Part shown: positions 55,631 to 64,000 of the stretch, one piece after another
How positions within the stretch are numbered: position 1 is the first letter of the stretch
How the letters are laid out: each line of letters starts with the position of its first letter
NCBI GenBank assembly: GCA_016708105.1
Contig: JADJGJ010000005.1
Span: 14,432-78,431 of the forward strand
DNA: 64,000 bases
Direction of reading: 5' to 3'
DNA from: Crocinitomicaceae bacterium
GTDB lineage: Bacteria; Bacteroidota; Bacteroidia; Flavobacteriales_D; Crocinitomicaceae
Notes under the pieces: generated by a model
What the model saw: the letters and a program-made list of their open reading frames with translations, nothing else
Database searches by the model: none
Told to the model about the DNA's origin: nothing
Translations under genes and position numbers: made by a program

Positions 55631-55792
55631 AGCCGAATGCAATTCGTCCCCAATGTTTACATACAATATTTCCGATAGGGCGAATGCAATTCGCCCCCCA
55701 ACATTATTTTTCACGATGTGCCTAAATCCGAAAACAATACGTACGATCATGTTTTCAAATAACATTTCCGTTAGGGCGAATGCAATTCGCCC
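55631..55792. repeat. Three copies of a REP-like hairpin element (GGGCGAATGCAATTCGCCC)
   Basis: A degenerate copy lies at 55631-55651 and perfect 8-bp-stem hairpins at 55678-55696 and 55774-55792. Each is preceded by A.ATTTCCG.TA. Confidence 0.8.
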
Positions 55793-55795
55793 CTA

Positions 55796-55862
55796 CCTAA
55801 CCCCTAACCCCTAACCCCTAACCCCTAACCCCTAACCCTAACCCCTAACCCCTAACCCCTAA
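55796..55862. repeat. Heptanucleotide microsatellite (CCCCTAA)n, telomere-like
   Basis: Eight CCCCTAA units plus one CCCTAA unit and a partial unit. The complementary strand reads (TTAGGGG)n. Confidence 0.95.
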
Positions 55863-55914
55863 CACCTTAAAAAAATCCCTATCTTTACCCTCCAATTCAG
55901 TATCACTATTTACT

Positions 55915-56631
55915 ATGGGAAGAGCATTTGAATTCCGCAAAGGAAGAAAACTGAAACGCTGGGGCGCCATGTCAAAAGCGTTTACAAAAATCGGAAAAGA
56001 ATTGTCGCAAGCTGTAAAAGAAGGAGGCCCAAATCCTGAATCTAATTCGCGTCTGCGGGTAATTATTCAAAATGCAAAAGCAGCCAATATGCCAAAGGAC
56101 AATATTGAGCGCGCTATTGCAAAAGCAACATCAAAAGACACCTCGGCATACAAAGAGATGGTTTATGAGGGGTATGGTCCGCATGGAATTGCTGTTCTCA
56201 TAGAAACGCTTACTGATAATCCAACAAGAACAGTTGCCAATGTCCGCGCAGCGTTTACTAAATTCAACGGAACGCTTGGAACCAGCGGATCATTAGATTT
56301 CGCATTTGAACGTAAGTGCATGTTCCGTATCAGCGCTGAGGGAATTAATGTAGAAGATTTTGAGCTGGAATTAATTGATTTCGGTGGAGAAGAGGTGGAT
56401 AAAGATGACGAAGAAAATGAAATCATCATTTATGGTCCGTTTGAAAGTTTTGGCGCAATCCAGAAATTTTTAGACGAGAGAAAAATAGAAATTAAATCTG
56501 CGGGTCTTGAACGCATTCCTACTGATACCAAAAAACTGACAGAAGAACAGGAAGCAGACGTGCAAAAACTCATTGATCGTCTTGAAGAAGACGATGACGT
56601 CAACAACGTGTTTCACACCATGGGCAATTAA
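55915..56631 (+). CDS. yebC: YebC/PmpR-family DNA-binding transcriptional regulator
   Basis: MGRAFEFRKGRKLKRWGAMSKAFTK...YEGYGPHGIAVLIE..TDN..RTVANVR is the family signature. Confidence 0.9.
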   Translation: MGRAFEFRKGRKLKRWGAMSKAFTKIGKELSQAVKEGGPNPESNSRLRVIIQNAKAANMPKDNIERAIAKATSKDTSAYKEMVYEGYGPHGIAVLIETLTDNPTRTVANVRAAFTKFNGTLGTSGSLDFAFERKCMFRISAEGINVEDFELELIDFGGEEVDKDDEENEIIIYGPFESFGAIQKFLDERKIEIKSAGLERIPTDTKKLTEEQEADVQKLIDRLEEDDDVNNVFHTMGN

Positions 56632-56645
56632 ATTAAGCAATAAAA

Positions 56646-56682
56646 TAAAAAGCCCCGAAGATCTTTCTTCGGGGCTTTTTTG
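56646..56682. terminator. Bidirectional rho-independent terminator
   Basis: A 10-bp stem AGCCCCGAAG/CTTCGGGGCT with a 6-nt loop, flanked by an A-run and T6. It lies between the convergent yebC and PiT genes. Confidence 0.85.
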
Positions 56683-56712
56683 TATTTGTAAAACCAGTAT
56701 TTCCAAGTATGA

Positions 56713-57771
56713 TTATTTCATTCCAAATAGTTGGAGCAGCCAAAAAACGGTAGCACCTATCAAACCACTTACGGGAATGGTAAGAATCCATGCCCAAAGC
56801 AAACTGATGGTTACACCCCAACGAACTGCAGAAATTCTTTTTGTCATACCAACACCAATAATTGATCCGGTGATGGTGTGTGTAGTACTGACAGGAATAC
56901 CCATTTTTTCAGTGAGGAACAAAGTTGCTGCACCCGCTGTTTCAGCGCTTACGCCTTCAAGAGGTGTCACTTTAGTAATTTTTGACCCCATCGTTTTAAT
57001 AATTTTCCAGCCACCAAACATGGTTCCAAGTCCAATGGCAACGTAACAAGCAGTTGGTATCCAATAAGGAAGTTTGGTGATTGCTAGTTTTCCGCTATCA
57101 TTTACCTCTTGGGTAATAAATGCCCAATCAGGAATTGGTTGTCCGGCGGCAGTGAGTTGCGCCATGTAAACCAACATAGCAGCCGCAATAATACCCATTA
57201 CTTTTTGTGCATCGTTTCCACCGTGACCAATGCTAAAAAGTGCAGATGAAACAAGTTGAAGTCGCTTAAACCACCGGTCTGCTTTTGATGGGTTGGCCTT
57301 TCGACAAATATTGACAATGATAATCGTTATGATACTTGCCACAAGCATACCAACTAAAGGTGCGGCAAAAATAAAGGCAAACGTGATCAGAATTTTTTCT
57401 TGATTAACTACACCAAAACCTGCGTTTGCAACAGCTGCACCGGCAAATCCACCAAGCAGCGTATGTGATGATGATGACGGAATTCCAAACCACCAGGTTA
57501 ATAAATTCCAACTGATGGCAGCAACTAATCCGGCAAATACAACAGCAAAAGTTACAGATGATGGATCAACAATTTTGGCAACTGTATCTGCCACTTTCAA
57601 TTCAAAAATCCAGAAAGCAAGTACGTTGAAAAAGGCAGCCCAAAGAACAGCTTGAAAGGGGGTCAACACTTTGGTTGAAACTACGGTTGCAATAGAATTG
57701 GCCGCATCATGAAATCCATTGATGAGGTCAAAAACCAGGGCAAGAAAAATAATGGTTAGTAATATTCCCAT
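56713..57771 (-). CDS. Inorganic phosphate transporter, PiT family
   Basis: GFHDAANSIATVVST and GGNDAQKVMGII motifs. The protein is polytopic. Confidence 0.9.
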   Translation of the reverse strand: MGILLTIIFLALVFDLINGFHDAANSIATVVSTKVLTPFQAVLWAAFFNVLAFWIFELKVADTVAKIVDPSSVTFAVVFAGLVAAISWNLLTWWFGIPSSSSHTLLGGFAGAAVANAGFGVVNQEKILITFAFIFAAPLVGMLVASIITIIIVNICRKANPSKADRWFKRLQLVSSALFSIGHGGNDAQKVMGIIAAAMLVYMAQLTAAGQPIPDWAFITQEVNDSGKLAITKLPYWIPTACYVAIGLGTMFGGWKIIKTMGSKITKVTPLEGVSAETAGAATLFLTEKMGIPVSTTHTITGSIIGVGMTKRISAVRWGVTISLLWAWILTIPVSGLIGATVFWLLQLFGMK

Positions 57772-57814
57772 GGCGGTTAATTTTTTTCGTTAAACATGGA
57801 TTAAAAATTAACGC

Positions 57815-58459
57815 TTAGGCGTTTTTAATGATAATAGATTGAATTACATTGGTTGCATCTTCACATTTGTCTGTCGCTGTTTCAAGTGCCTGAAGTACTT
57901 CTTTAATTTTAATTACTTCAATGGCATTTTTTTCATTCTCAAACAAATCTGCAATGGCCATGTCAAAAATATCGTCAGCATGATTTTCAATGCTGTTTAC
58001 TTTTACACAAGCTTCACGAATCGCCGCTACGTTGCGCATGTTACGTAATTCATACACCGCTACTTTTAAATCTGCAACAGCATTTTGAATTAACTCCGCA
58101 AGTTTTTTCATTGCAGGCGTAGGTTCTTCAACTTTGTAGAGTTCCATTCTTTTGGTTGCTCCGTGTACAAAATCAGCAATATCATCTAAGGCAGTTGTCA
58201 ATGAGTGAATATCTTCACGATCAAACGGGGTAATGAAATTTGAGCTAAGTTCATTAAACATTTCATGGGTGATGTTGTCACCAACGTGCTCAAGTCTTTC
58301 AATTTCACGAATGAGCTCTTTCTTTTTGTCTTTACTGCTGGTGTTTACCATCTCTACCAGAGCTGCTGATATATCTACCAGGTTTGAAGTAGCCTTTTCA
58401 AACAGGCTGAAGAATACTTTGTTTTTTGGCTGGAAATAGTGGAAAATGTTAAGTCCCAT
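57815..58459 (-). CDS. DUF47/PhoU-like phosphate-transport accessory protein
   Basis: 214 aa helical protein directly upstream of PiT. ..LEHVGDNITHEMFNEL..FITPFDREDI is typical of the family. Confidence 0.8.
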   Translation of the reverse strand: MGLNIFHYFQPKNKVFFSLFEKATSNLVDISAALVEMVNTSSKDKKKELIREIERLEHVGDNITHEMFNELSSNFITPFDREDIHSLTTALDDIADFVHGATKRMELYKVEEPTPAMKKLAELIQNAVADLKVAVYELRNMRNVAAIREACVKVNSIENHADDIFDMAIADLFENEKNAIEVIKIKEVLQALETATDKCEDATNVIQSIIIKNA

Positions 58460-58494
58460 GACAGTGTTTTTTTTAATTATTAACTAAGACACTG

Positions 58495-58502
58495 CAAATA
58501 TA
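58495..58502 (-). promoter_or_regulatory. -7 type promoter box TATATTTG for the DUF47-PiT operon
   Basis: On the minus strand it lies 35 nt upstream of ATG 58459. Confidence 0.4.
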
Positions 58503-58612
58503 GACAGCCAATATGAGGTATACGGAAGTTAAGATTAATATAATGTTAACATAACGTTAAGCAGCACAAATGAGATATCTGCTAACATAGATTTAACAAG
58601 ACTTTCAGGAGA

Positions 58613-60271
58613 TTAATTTCCCTTTGAAAGCAATTCACTGATATGAAGTCCTTTTGAAAATTCTGACAGCGCACGTTGCACATCCAGGTCATCTTCTAAA
58701 TACACTGCGTAATAACCGTTATCATTCCAAAGGTGTCTTGCTATTTCTGCTTTGATTCTGTTTTTAATTACCGTTTTTGAAACAAGCACATCGTTTTGAT
58801 TGTACGTAACACCAAGTTTGGTTGCATAATTAATGAACTCATTAAACATGTTTTCAGTGACAAAAAATGATTTATCAAATTTTTCAAACGTGGTAAAAGT
58901 AGATCTGAATTTGTCAAGATATTTTATAGCAAAATGGTTAAAGATACTTTCATAATATAATTCAGTAAGATAATAAGATGCGCCTGCGGTATCATTTGGA
59001 ATAAACACATCAGGATAGATGCCTCCACCGCCATATACAGTTCGTCCGGCAGGTGTTGTGTATTTTAAACTTTCATCATGTTTAATGCTGTCTTCATGCA
59101 TAAGCTCACCACTTTCAAAGCGGTTAAAATAATCTGATTCATAATCAACACCATCGCCATACGGTTTTTGAATGCTTCTGCCAGTTGGAGTATAATAGCG
59201 TGATATAGTAAGACGCAAGGCGCTGCCATCCGTAAATTCTTCTTGTGTTTGAACAAGTCCTTTACCAAATGAGCGACGACCCATAACTAAACCGCGATCA
59301 TTATCTTGAATTGCGCCAGCAACAATTTCACTTGCCGATGCTGATAAGGAATTGATCAACACAATTAATTCAACATCTTCAAGTATTCCTCGTTTAGTTG
59401 CATTGTAATTTTCTCTCGGACTTTTTCTACCCTCTGTATAAACAATTAGTTTTCCATCTTCCAAAAATTCATCTGCAATGTCTGTTGCTGCGCTCATTGA
59501 TCCACCTCCGTTATTGCGTAAATCAAAAATGAGTTTCTTCATTCCTTTTGATTTTAATTCCTGCGCTGCCAGATTAAACTCTTCTCCTGAATTGTAGGTG
59601 AAACTATTTAATTTAATAAAGCCTACTTCTTGGTTCAACATAATGGCCGCATCAATACTGCTGATTGGAATAGTGCCACGCGTAATAGTAAGATTCTCTG
59701 TTTTACCCTTGCGATAAATTTTCACTTTTACTTTTGATCCTTCTTTGCCTTTGAGTAAACTCATAACACGTTCATTGGTCAAACCAATATTGGTTATCAC
59801 GGTATCATCTACTGCCAGCAATCTGTCACCTGGTTTCATGCCTGATTGTTCTGATGGTGAACCGGCTAAAACATGCGTTGCAACCAAGGTGTCATCATGA
59901 ATTAAAAACCGAATTCCTATTCCTCCAAAATTTCCTTCTAATTGTTCATTCACGGCTTCTAAATCTTGTGGCGGAATATATGCGCTGTGCGGATCCAGTT
60001 TTTCTATCATGCCTTGAATTGAACTTTCAATCAGCATATCATGATCTACTGAATCAACATATTTATCTTCAATCAACTCAAGAATGGTATTGAATTTAGA
60101 AGAAGTTTCCTGCACGGGATCTGAAAATCCACCGGCAGGAATAAATAATGTGCCCAGCCATATTCCAAGTGCAAGAGATATGGCAACCAGCAGTGGAATT
60201 AATACCAATGCATTGTTTTTTTTTGGTTGTTGCTCAGTGTAATTCATGTTGTCCAATTTTATGTTTGGCAC
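58613..60271 (-). CDS. ctp: S41-family C-terminal processing peptidase
   Basis: PDZ-like region (GIGIRF...AGSPSEQSGMKPGDRLLAVDD) and the catalytic region LINSLSASASEIVAGAIQDNDRG..GRRSFGKG. Confidence 0.85.
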   Translation of the reverse strand: MPNIKLDNMNYTEQQPKKNNALVLIPLLVAISLALGIWLGTLFIPAGGFSDPVQETSSKFNTILELIEDKYVDSVDHDMLIESSIQGMIEKLDPHSAYIPPQDLEAVNEQLEGNFGGIGIRFLIHDDTLVATHVLAGSPSEQSGMKPGDRLLAVDDTVITNIGLTNERVMSLLKGKEGSKVKVKIYRKGKTENLTITRGTIPISSIDAAIMLNQEVGFIKLNSFTYNSGEEFNLAAQELKSKGMKKLIFDLRNNGGGSMSAATDIADEFLEDGKLIVYTEGRKSPRENYNATKRGILEDVELIVLINSLSASASEIVAGAIQDNDRGLVMGRRSFGKGLVQTQEEFTDGSALRLTISRYYTPTGRSIQKPYGDGVDYESDYFNRFESGELMHEDSIKHDESLKYTTPAGRTVYGGGGIYPDVFIPNDTAGASYYLTELYYESIFNHFAIKYLDKFRSTFTTFEKFDKSFFVTENMFNEFINYATKLGVTYNQNDVLVSKTVIKNRIKAEIARHLWNDNGYYAVYLEDDLDVQRALSEFSKGLHISELLSKGN

Positions 60272-60280
60272 GGATAGTTT

Positions 60281-60706
60281 TTATTCAATAGACTTAACGT
60301 GATGAACCGAAATTCCGTATTCTGATAAAAATTCTATGCCTGAAGTATCTTTATATTCATTGTGATACACAACCCGTTTTATTCCGGATTGAATAATTAA
60401 TTTGCTACATTCTTTGCACGGTGAAAGCGTGATATACAGTGTAGCACCGTCAGCGCTTTGGGTGGTTTTAGCTACCTTCAGAATAGCATTGGCTTCAGCA
60501 TGCAGTACATACCAATGCGTTTCGCCTTGATCATCTTCACATGAATTAGTATAACCTGAAGGTGTTCCATTATACCCGTCAGAAATAATCATATTATTAT
60601 GTACAATTAATGCGCCAACTTGTTTGCGTTTGCAATGAGATAATTTTGCCCATTCCAATGCCATTTTCAGATAGGCTCTGTCGTATTTTTCTTGTTTTGA
60701 ATCCAC
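60281..60706 (-). CDS. dCMP deaminase (ComEB-like)
   Basis: Zinc-binding motifs HAEANAI and PCKECSKLI. 141 aa. Confidence 0.85.
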   Translation of the reverse strand: MDSKQEKYDRAYLKMALEWAKLSHCKRKQVGALIVHNNMIISDGYNGTPSGYTNSCEDDQGETHWYVLHAEANAILKVAKTTQSADGATLYITLSPCKECSKLIIQSGIKRVVYHNEYKDTSGIEFLSEYGISVHHVKSIE

Positions 60707-60761
60707 GTTGTTTTAACTATAATACAAAGTTGGTGAAAAGTAATTGGATTGAGTGTGAAAA

Positions 60762-62546
60762 TTAGTTAATCCAGATCAGGTAAGGCAAACGCGCCTGAAT
60801 ACTTGTTTTACCATTTAAAGTGCGCAGGTACGAATAGATATCCAACAACTGAATTTCAAGTGCAGATTTTGTAGTGAGGTTAATGCTTTGTTCACCTTCA
60901 ATGTTCGTGAGCAAATTGAATAATTCATTGTCTTCTTTTTCAGGGAAAATTCTAATGCGGATATCTTCTCTTGCAATACCTGCAGTATCAGCAGCAAAAT
61001 AAATAGCATCCATCAAACCGCCAAACTCATCAATCAAACCAAGTTTTTTTGCATCAACCCCTGCCCATACTCGGCCTTGTCCAAGACTGTCTACATCTGC
61101 TGTTGTCATCCCTCTGCCATCAGCAACTTTGGTAATAAAATCAAGATAAATATCATCAACTCCGGCTTGAATTATTTCTAATTCTTGTTCAGTCAATAGG
61201 CGATTAGTTGAAAGCACGGCATGATCATTTGTAGTGACATGATCAAAGGTTATTCCCAATTTGTTTTTAAATAAATCTCCGGTGTATGGTATGATTCCAA
61301 AAACTCCAATTGATCCGGTGATGGTATTTTGTTGCGCAAAAATTTTATCAGCGCCGCATGAGATATAATAGCCACCTGATGCAGCAACGTCACCCATTGA
61401 AACAATGACCGGTTTCAGCGCTTTTGTCAATATCACTTCTCGCCAAATTACATCACTTGCCAGCGCACTGCCACCCGGTGAATTTACCCTCAGCACCACA
61501 GCCTGAATCGTGCTGTCTTCACGCGCTACCCTTATTTGTTCAGCCAATGAGTTACCGCCAATTTGACCCGGTATGCCATCTCCATCTACAATATCACCTT
61601 CAGCAAATATCAAGGCAATATTTTTCTTTTCGAGTTTGGTGAGGGTTCGCTCAGCATTGGTTTTTTTAAGGCAATAGGTTTCAAAATTTACCAAGGCCAA
61701 TTCATCATCAGGTTTTGTTCCGGATTTTCTGGTTAAAATATCCAATACCTGATCATAATATACAATGGCATCCGCAAGATGATAATCCACCGCATCACCT
61801 GATTTTCGAACGTATACACTGTCAGCTATTTCATTGAGTTTTTCTACAGAGACTCCGCGAGATTCACTGATAGCAGTAGTCATAGTGTTCCACAATGAAT
61901 TTAAATACGTTTGTGTTTGCAAGCGACTTTCAGGACTCATCTGTTCATACATCAACGGCTCTACCGCACTTTTGAACCGGTTATTTGAGCCGCGAATGAT
62001 TTGCATTTTCACTTCTAATTTTTCAAGAGCTCCTTTTAAAAATGCAATTTCTGCACCAAGACCTAAAAATTCAAGCATTCCACTTGGAAACACGTAAACA
62101 GAATCTGCCACGGATGAAAGGTAATATGATTTTTTATCATAGTTTTCAGCATACGCAATCACAAATTTTCCACTTGATTTAAAATCTGCGAGTCCATCTC
62201 TGATCTCTTTCGTAGTAGCCATGCCGGCCTGCAAGTTGTCACAATTCAGAAAAATGCCTTTGATATTTTTATCGTCTTTGGCAATTTTTAAACCTTCTAA
62301 AATTTCATACAAACCAAATTGTTTGTTCAATGAAATTGTTCCCGGATCAAAGCTTGCATAGGTATAGTCACCAAGTTCACCATCTAGTTTCATGTGCAAA
62401 ACTGAGTTTTCGCTTACCACTAGTTTTTTAGGTTCAGTGAGGCTACCAATAACAGCACCTAGAATTAAAAAAAAGATCAGTGTTACAAGTAAGCCGGCAA
62501 CAATGCTTGAAAGCAGTCCGGCCCAAAAAGTTTTCCAAAATGTCAT
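60762..62546 (-). CDS. sppA: Signal peptide peptidase SppA, 67K type
   Basis: N-terminal TM segment and two ClpP-like S49 domains (VLRVNSPGGSALASD, MGDVAASGGYYISC). Confidence 0.85.
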   Translation of the reverse strand: MTFWKTFWAGLLSSIVAGLLVTLIFFLILGAVIGSLTEPKKLVVSENSVLHMKLDGELGDYTYASFDPGTISLNKQFGLYEILEGLKIAKDDKNIKGIFLNCDNLQAGMATTKEIRDGLADFKSSGKFVIAYAENYDKKSYYLSSVADSVYVFPSGMLEFLGLGAEIAFLKGALEKLEVKMQIIRGSNNRFKSAVEPLMYEQMSPESRLQTQTYLNSLWNTMTTAISESRGVSVEKLNEIADSVYVRKSGDAVDYHLADAIVYYDQVLDILTRKSGTKPDDELALVNFETYCLKKTNAERTLTKLEKKNIALIFAEGDIVDGDGIPGQIGGNSLAEQIRVAREDSTIQAVVLRVNSPGGSALASDVIWREVILTKALKPVIVSMGDVAASGGYYISCGADKIFAQQNTITGSIGVFGIIPYTGDLFKNKLGITFDHVTTNDHAVLSTNRLLTEQELEIIQAGVDDIYLDFITKVADGRGMTTADVDSLGQGRVWAGVDAKKLGLIDEFGGLMDAIYFAADTAGIAREDIRIRIFPEKEDNELFNLLTNIEGEQSINLTTKSALEIQLLDIYSYLRTLNGKTSIQARLPYLIWIN

Positions 62547-62678
62547 ACTTCACCAAATTTTACTCAAAGGTACTAATTCAGCGCTTGATAGTGAAAGAAT
62601 TGTGCTGAGTGGGGGAAAAGTTCTTTGGATGATTTTGAAATGATACATCGCATTCTTCGTTTTCGTACATTTGATACC

Positions 62679-63800
62679 ATGCCAAAAAAACGCAAGATCA
62701 TTGTCTCTGTCACAAATGATTTGTACACCGATAACCGAGTGCGCAAGGTATGTGAATTTCTGGTGAAACATAATTTTGAGGTAACCTTGGTTGGGCGCAA
62801 ATTGAAAGATAGCCTGGCCATGCCTGCAAATCTTCAATACAAAACCAAACGGTTCAAGTTGTGTTTTACAAAAGGTGCGTTGTTTTATGCAAACTATAAT
62901 TTGCGTTTGTTTTTTTATTTGCTCTTCCATTCTGCAGATGCCTTGTTAGCAAATGATTTGGATACACTGTTGGCAAATCATTGGGCCAGAAAATTCAAAC
63001 GAAATTGCCAATTGATTTATGATTCACATGAGTATTTTATTGGTGTACCCGAATTAGAACATAAACCTCGAGTAAAAAATATTTGGCGACGTATTGAAAA
63101 AAAATATCTGCCCAAAGTGAACGCCATGTATACGGTGAATGAATCTATAGCAGATTTGTATCGTCAGGAATATGGAATTCCTATTCAAGTAGTAAGAAAT
63201 ATTGCGGATAAGCCAGCTGCAATTGAAACTAGAACGCGCGCTGAAATAGGTTTGCCAAATGATAAGCGCATCATTATTTTTCAGGGAGCAGGGATCAATA
63301 TGCATCGCGGAGCTGAAGAATTAATTTCAGCTATGAAACAGGTGAAAAATGCGGTGTTGATTTTTGTTGGTGGGGGTGATGTGATTGAGCAATTGAAAAA
63401 TCAATCTGCAAAAGAGAATCTTACTGATAGCGTTTTATTTTTTGGAAAACAACCATATTCACGCTTATTGAATTTTACACGCCTGGCTGACTTAGGCGTA
63501 TCTTTAGACAAAGACACGAATATCAATTATCGTTTTTCATTACCCAATAAATTATTTGATTATATCCATTGTCAAATTCCGGTTTTGGTTTCTGATTTGC
63601 CTGAAATTAAAAAGATTGTACAAACCTATGATATTGGGTTAATCACGCAAAGTCATCAACCTGAATTATTGGCTGCACAAATCAACGCGCTGTTTGAAGA
63701 TGAAGAATTATACAACAGGTTAAAAGCTAACACAAAGCGGGCATCAGAAGAACTCACCTGGGAAAACGAATGCAAGGTGCTTGAAAAAATATATCTTTGA
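62679..63800 (+). CDS. Glycosyltransferase (GT4/GT1-type)
   Basis: ATG 62679 gives MPKKRKIIVSVTNDLYTDNRVRKV. C-terminal GT-B features include FQGAGINMHRGAEELI and ..PNKLFDYIHCQIPVLVSDLPE. Confidence 0.75.
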   Translation: MPKKRKIIVSVTNDLYTDNRVRKVCEFLVKHNFEVTLVGRKLKDSLAMPANLQYKTKRFKLCFTKGALFYANYNLRLFFYLLFHSADALLANDLDTLLANHWARKFKRNCQLIYDSHEYFIGVPELEHKPRVKNIWRRIEKKYLPKVNAMYTVNESIADLYRQEYGIPIQVVRNIADKPAAIETRTRAEIGLPNDKRIIIFQGAGINMHRGAEELISAMKQVKNAVLIFVGGGDVIEQLKNQSAKENLTDSVLFFGKQPYSRLLNFTRLADLGVSLDKDTNINYRFSLPNKLFDYIHCQIPVLVSDLPEIKKIVQTYDIGLITQSHQPELLAAQINALFEDEELYNRLKANTKRASEELTWENECKVLEKIYL

Positions 63801-63804
63801 TTCA

Positions 63805-64000
63805 TTGGAAAAAAAACTGCATATCATCGCCTTTGACGTTCCCTGGCCTCCAAACTATGGCGGAATTGTTGATGTATTCTATAAACTGAAATCCCTGCAT
63901 GATGCCGGAGTAAAAATAATTTATCATTGCTTTTATTACAGTGGACACAATAAACCAACTGATGAATTGAATCAGTATTGTGAGAAACTGTATTATTACC
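63805..64000 (+). CDS. Glycosyltransferase, 5' fragment running off the right window edge
   Basis: My translation gives LEKKLHIIAFDVPWPPNYGGIVDVFYKLKSLHDAGVKIIYHCFYYSG.... It is not in the ORF track because there is no stop in the window. The start codon is uncertain (TTG 63805 or 63781). Confidence 0.6.
   Translation, partial: MEKKLHIIAFDVPWPPNYGGIVDVFYKLKSLHDAGVKIIYHCFYYSGHNKPTDELNQYCEKLYYY

Noticed and set aside
55611-55814. A 67-aa ORF upstream of yebC.
   Set aside because: It is a translation of the hairpin repeats (RANAIRP twice) running into the heptamer tract (LTPNP). It is not a plausible protein.
55796-55862. A genuine telomere or the end of a linear replicon.
   Set aside because: The tract is internal and only 67 bp long. 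It is flanked on both sides by ordinary chromosomal genes (djlA-like and yebC).

Overview
This 64-kb window looks like chromosomal DNA from a low-GC Bacteroidota genome (Flavobacteriia/Cytophagia-like). The evidence is three proteins with T9SS C-terminal sorting domains, TAnnTTTG (-7 type) promoter boxes with short leaders, an HU/SPOR protein, MORN-variant repeat proteins and amidohydrolase pairs. Most of the window is housekeeping: udk, xth, hflX, tRNA-Ala(GGC), hemJ, nadD, gmk, kbl, recO, yebC, PiT/DUF47, ctp, dCMP deaminase and sppA, plus glycosyltransferases. I saw no rRNA, CRISPR array, transposase, integrase or recognisable defence operon. Five things stand out. (1) An ~11.8-kb giant T9SS adhesin gene (18703-30497) has a CUB-like plus glycine-rich N-terminus, two families of near-identical tandem repeats and a 4-unit, ~965-bp super-repeat. 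It is split into four ORFs by three frameshifts, each of which I could pinpoint against an intact paralogous repeat copy. (2) A 310-bp MITE-like element with a 9-bp target-site duplication and terminal inverted repeats sits inside a RelE/ParE toxin gene, and the displaced toxin C-terminus is still readable downstream. (3) A Lys/Ala-rich histone-H1-like gene is truncated by two A5-versus-A6 differences. (4) Three unrelated GC-rich hairpin or tandem-repeat blocks lie in intergenic regions just upstream of plus-strand genes, one of them a telomere-like (CCCCTAA)n heptamer tract. (5) An archaeal-type (class II) GAPDH-like dehydrogenase appears translationally coupled to a small PglC-like phosphoglycosyl transferase. 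A long histidine-kinase ORF (1-3469, minus strand) and a glycosyltransferase fragment at the right edge are missing from the ORF track because they run off the window. All family assignments come from reading motifs by eye; no database search was run.
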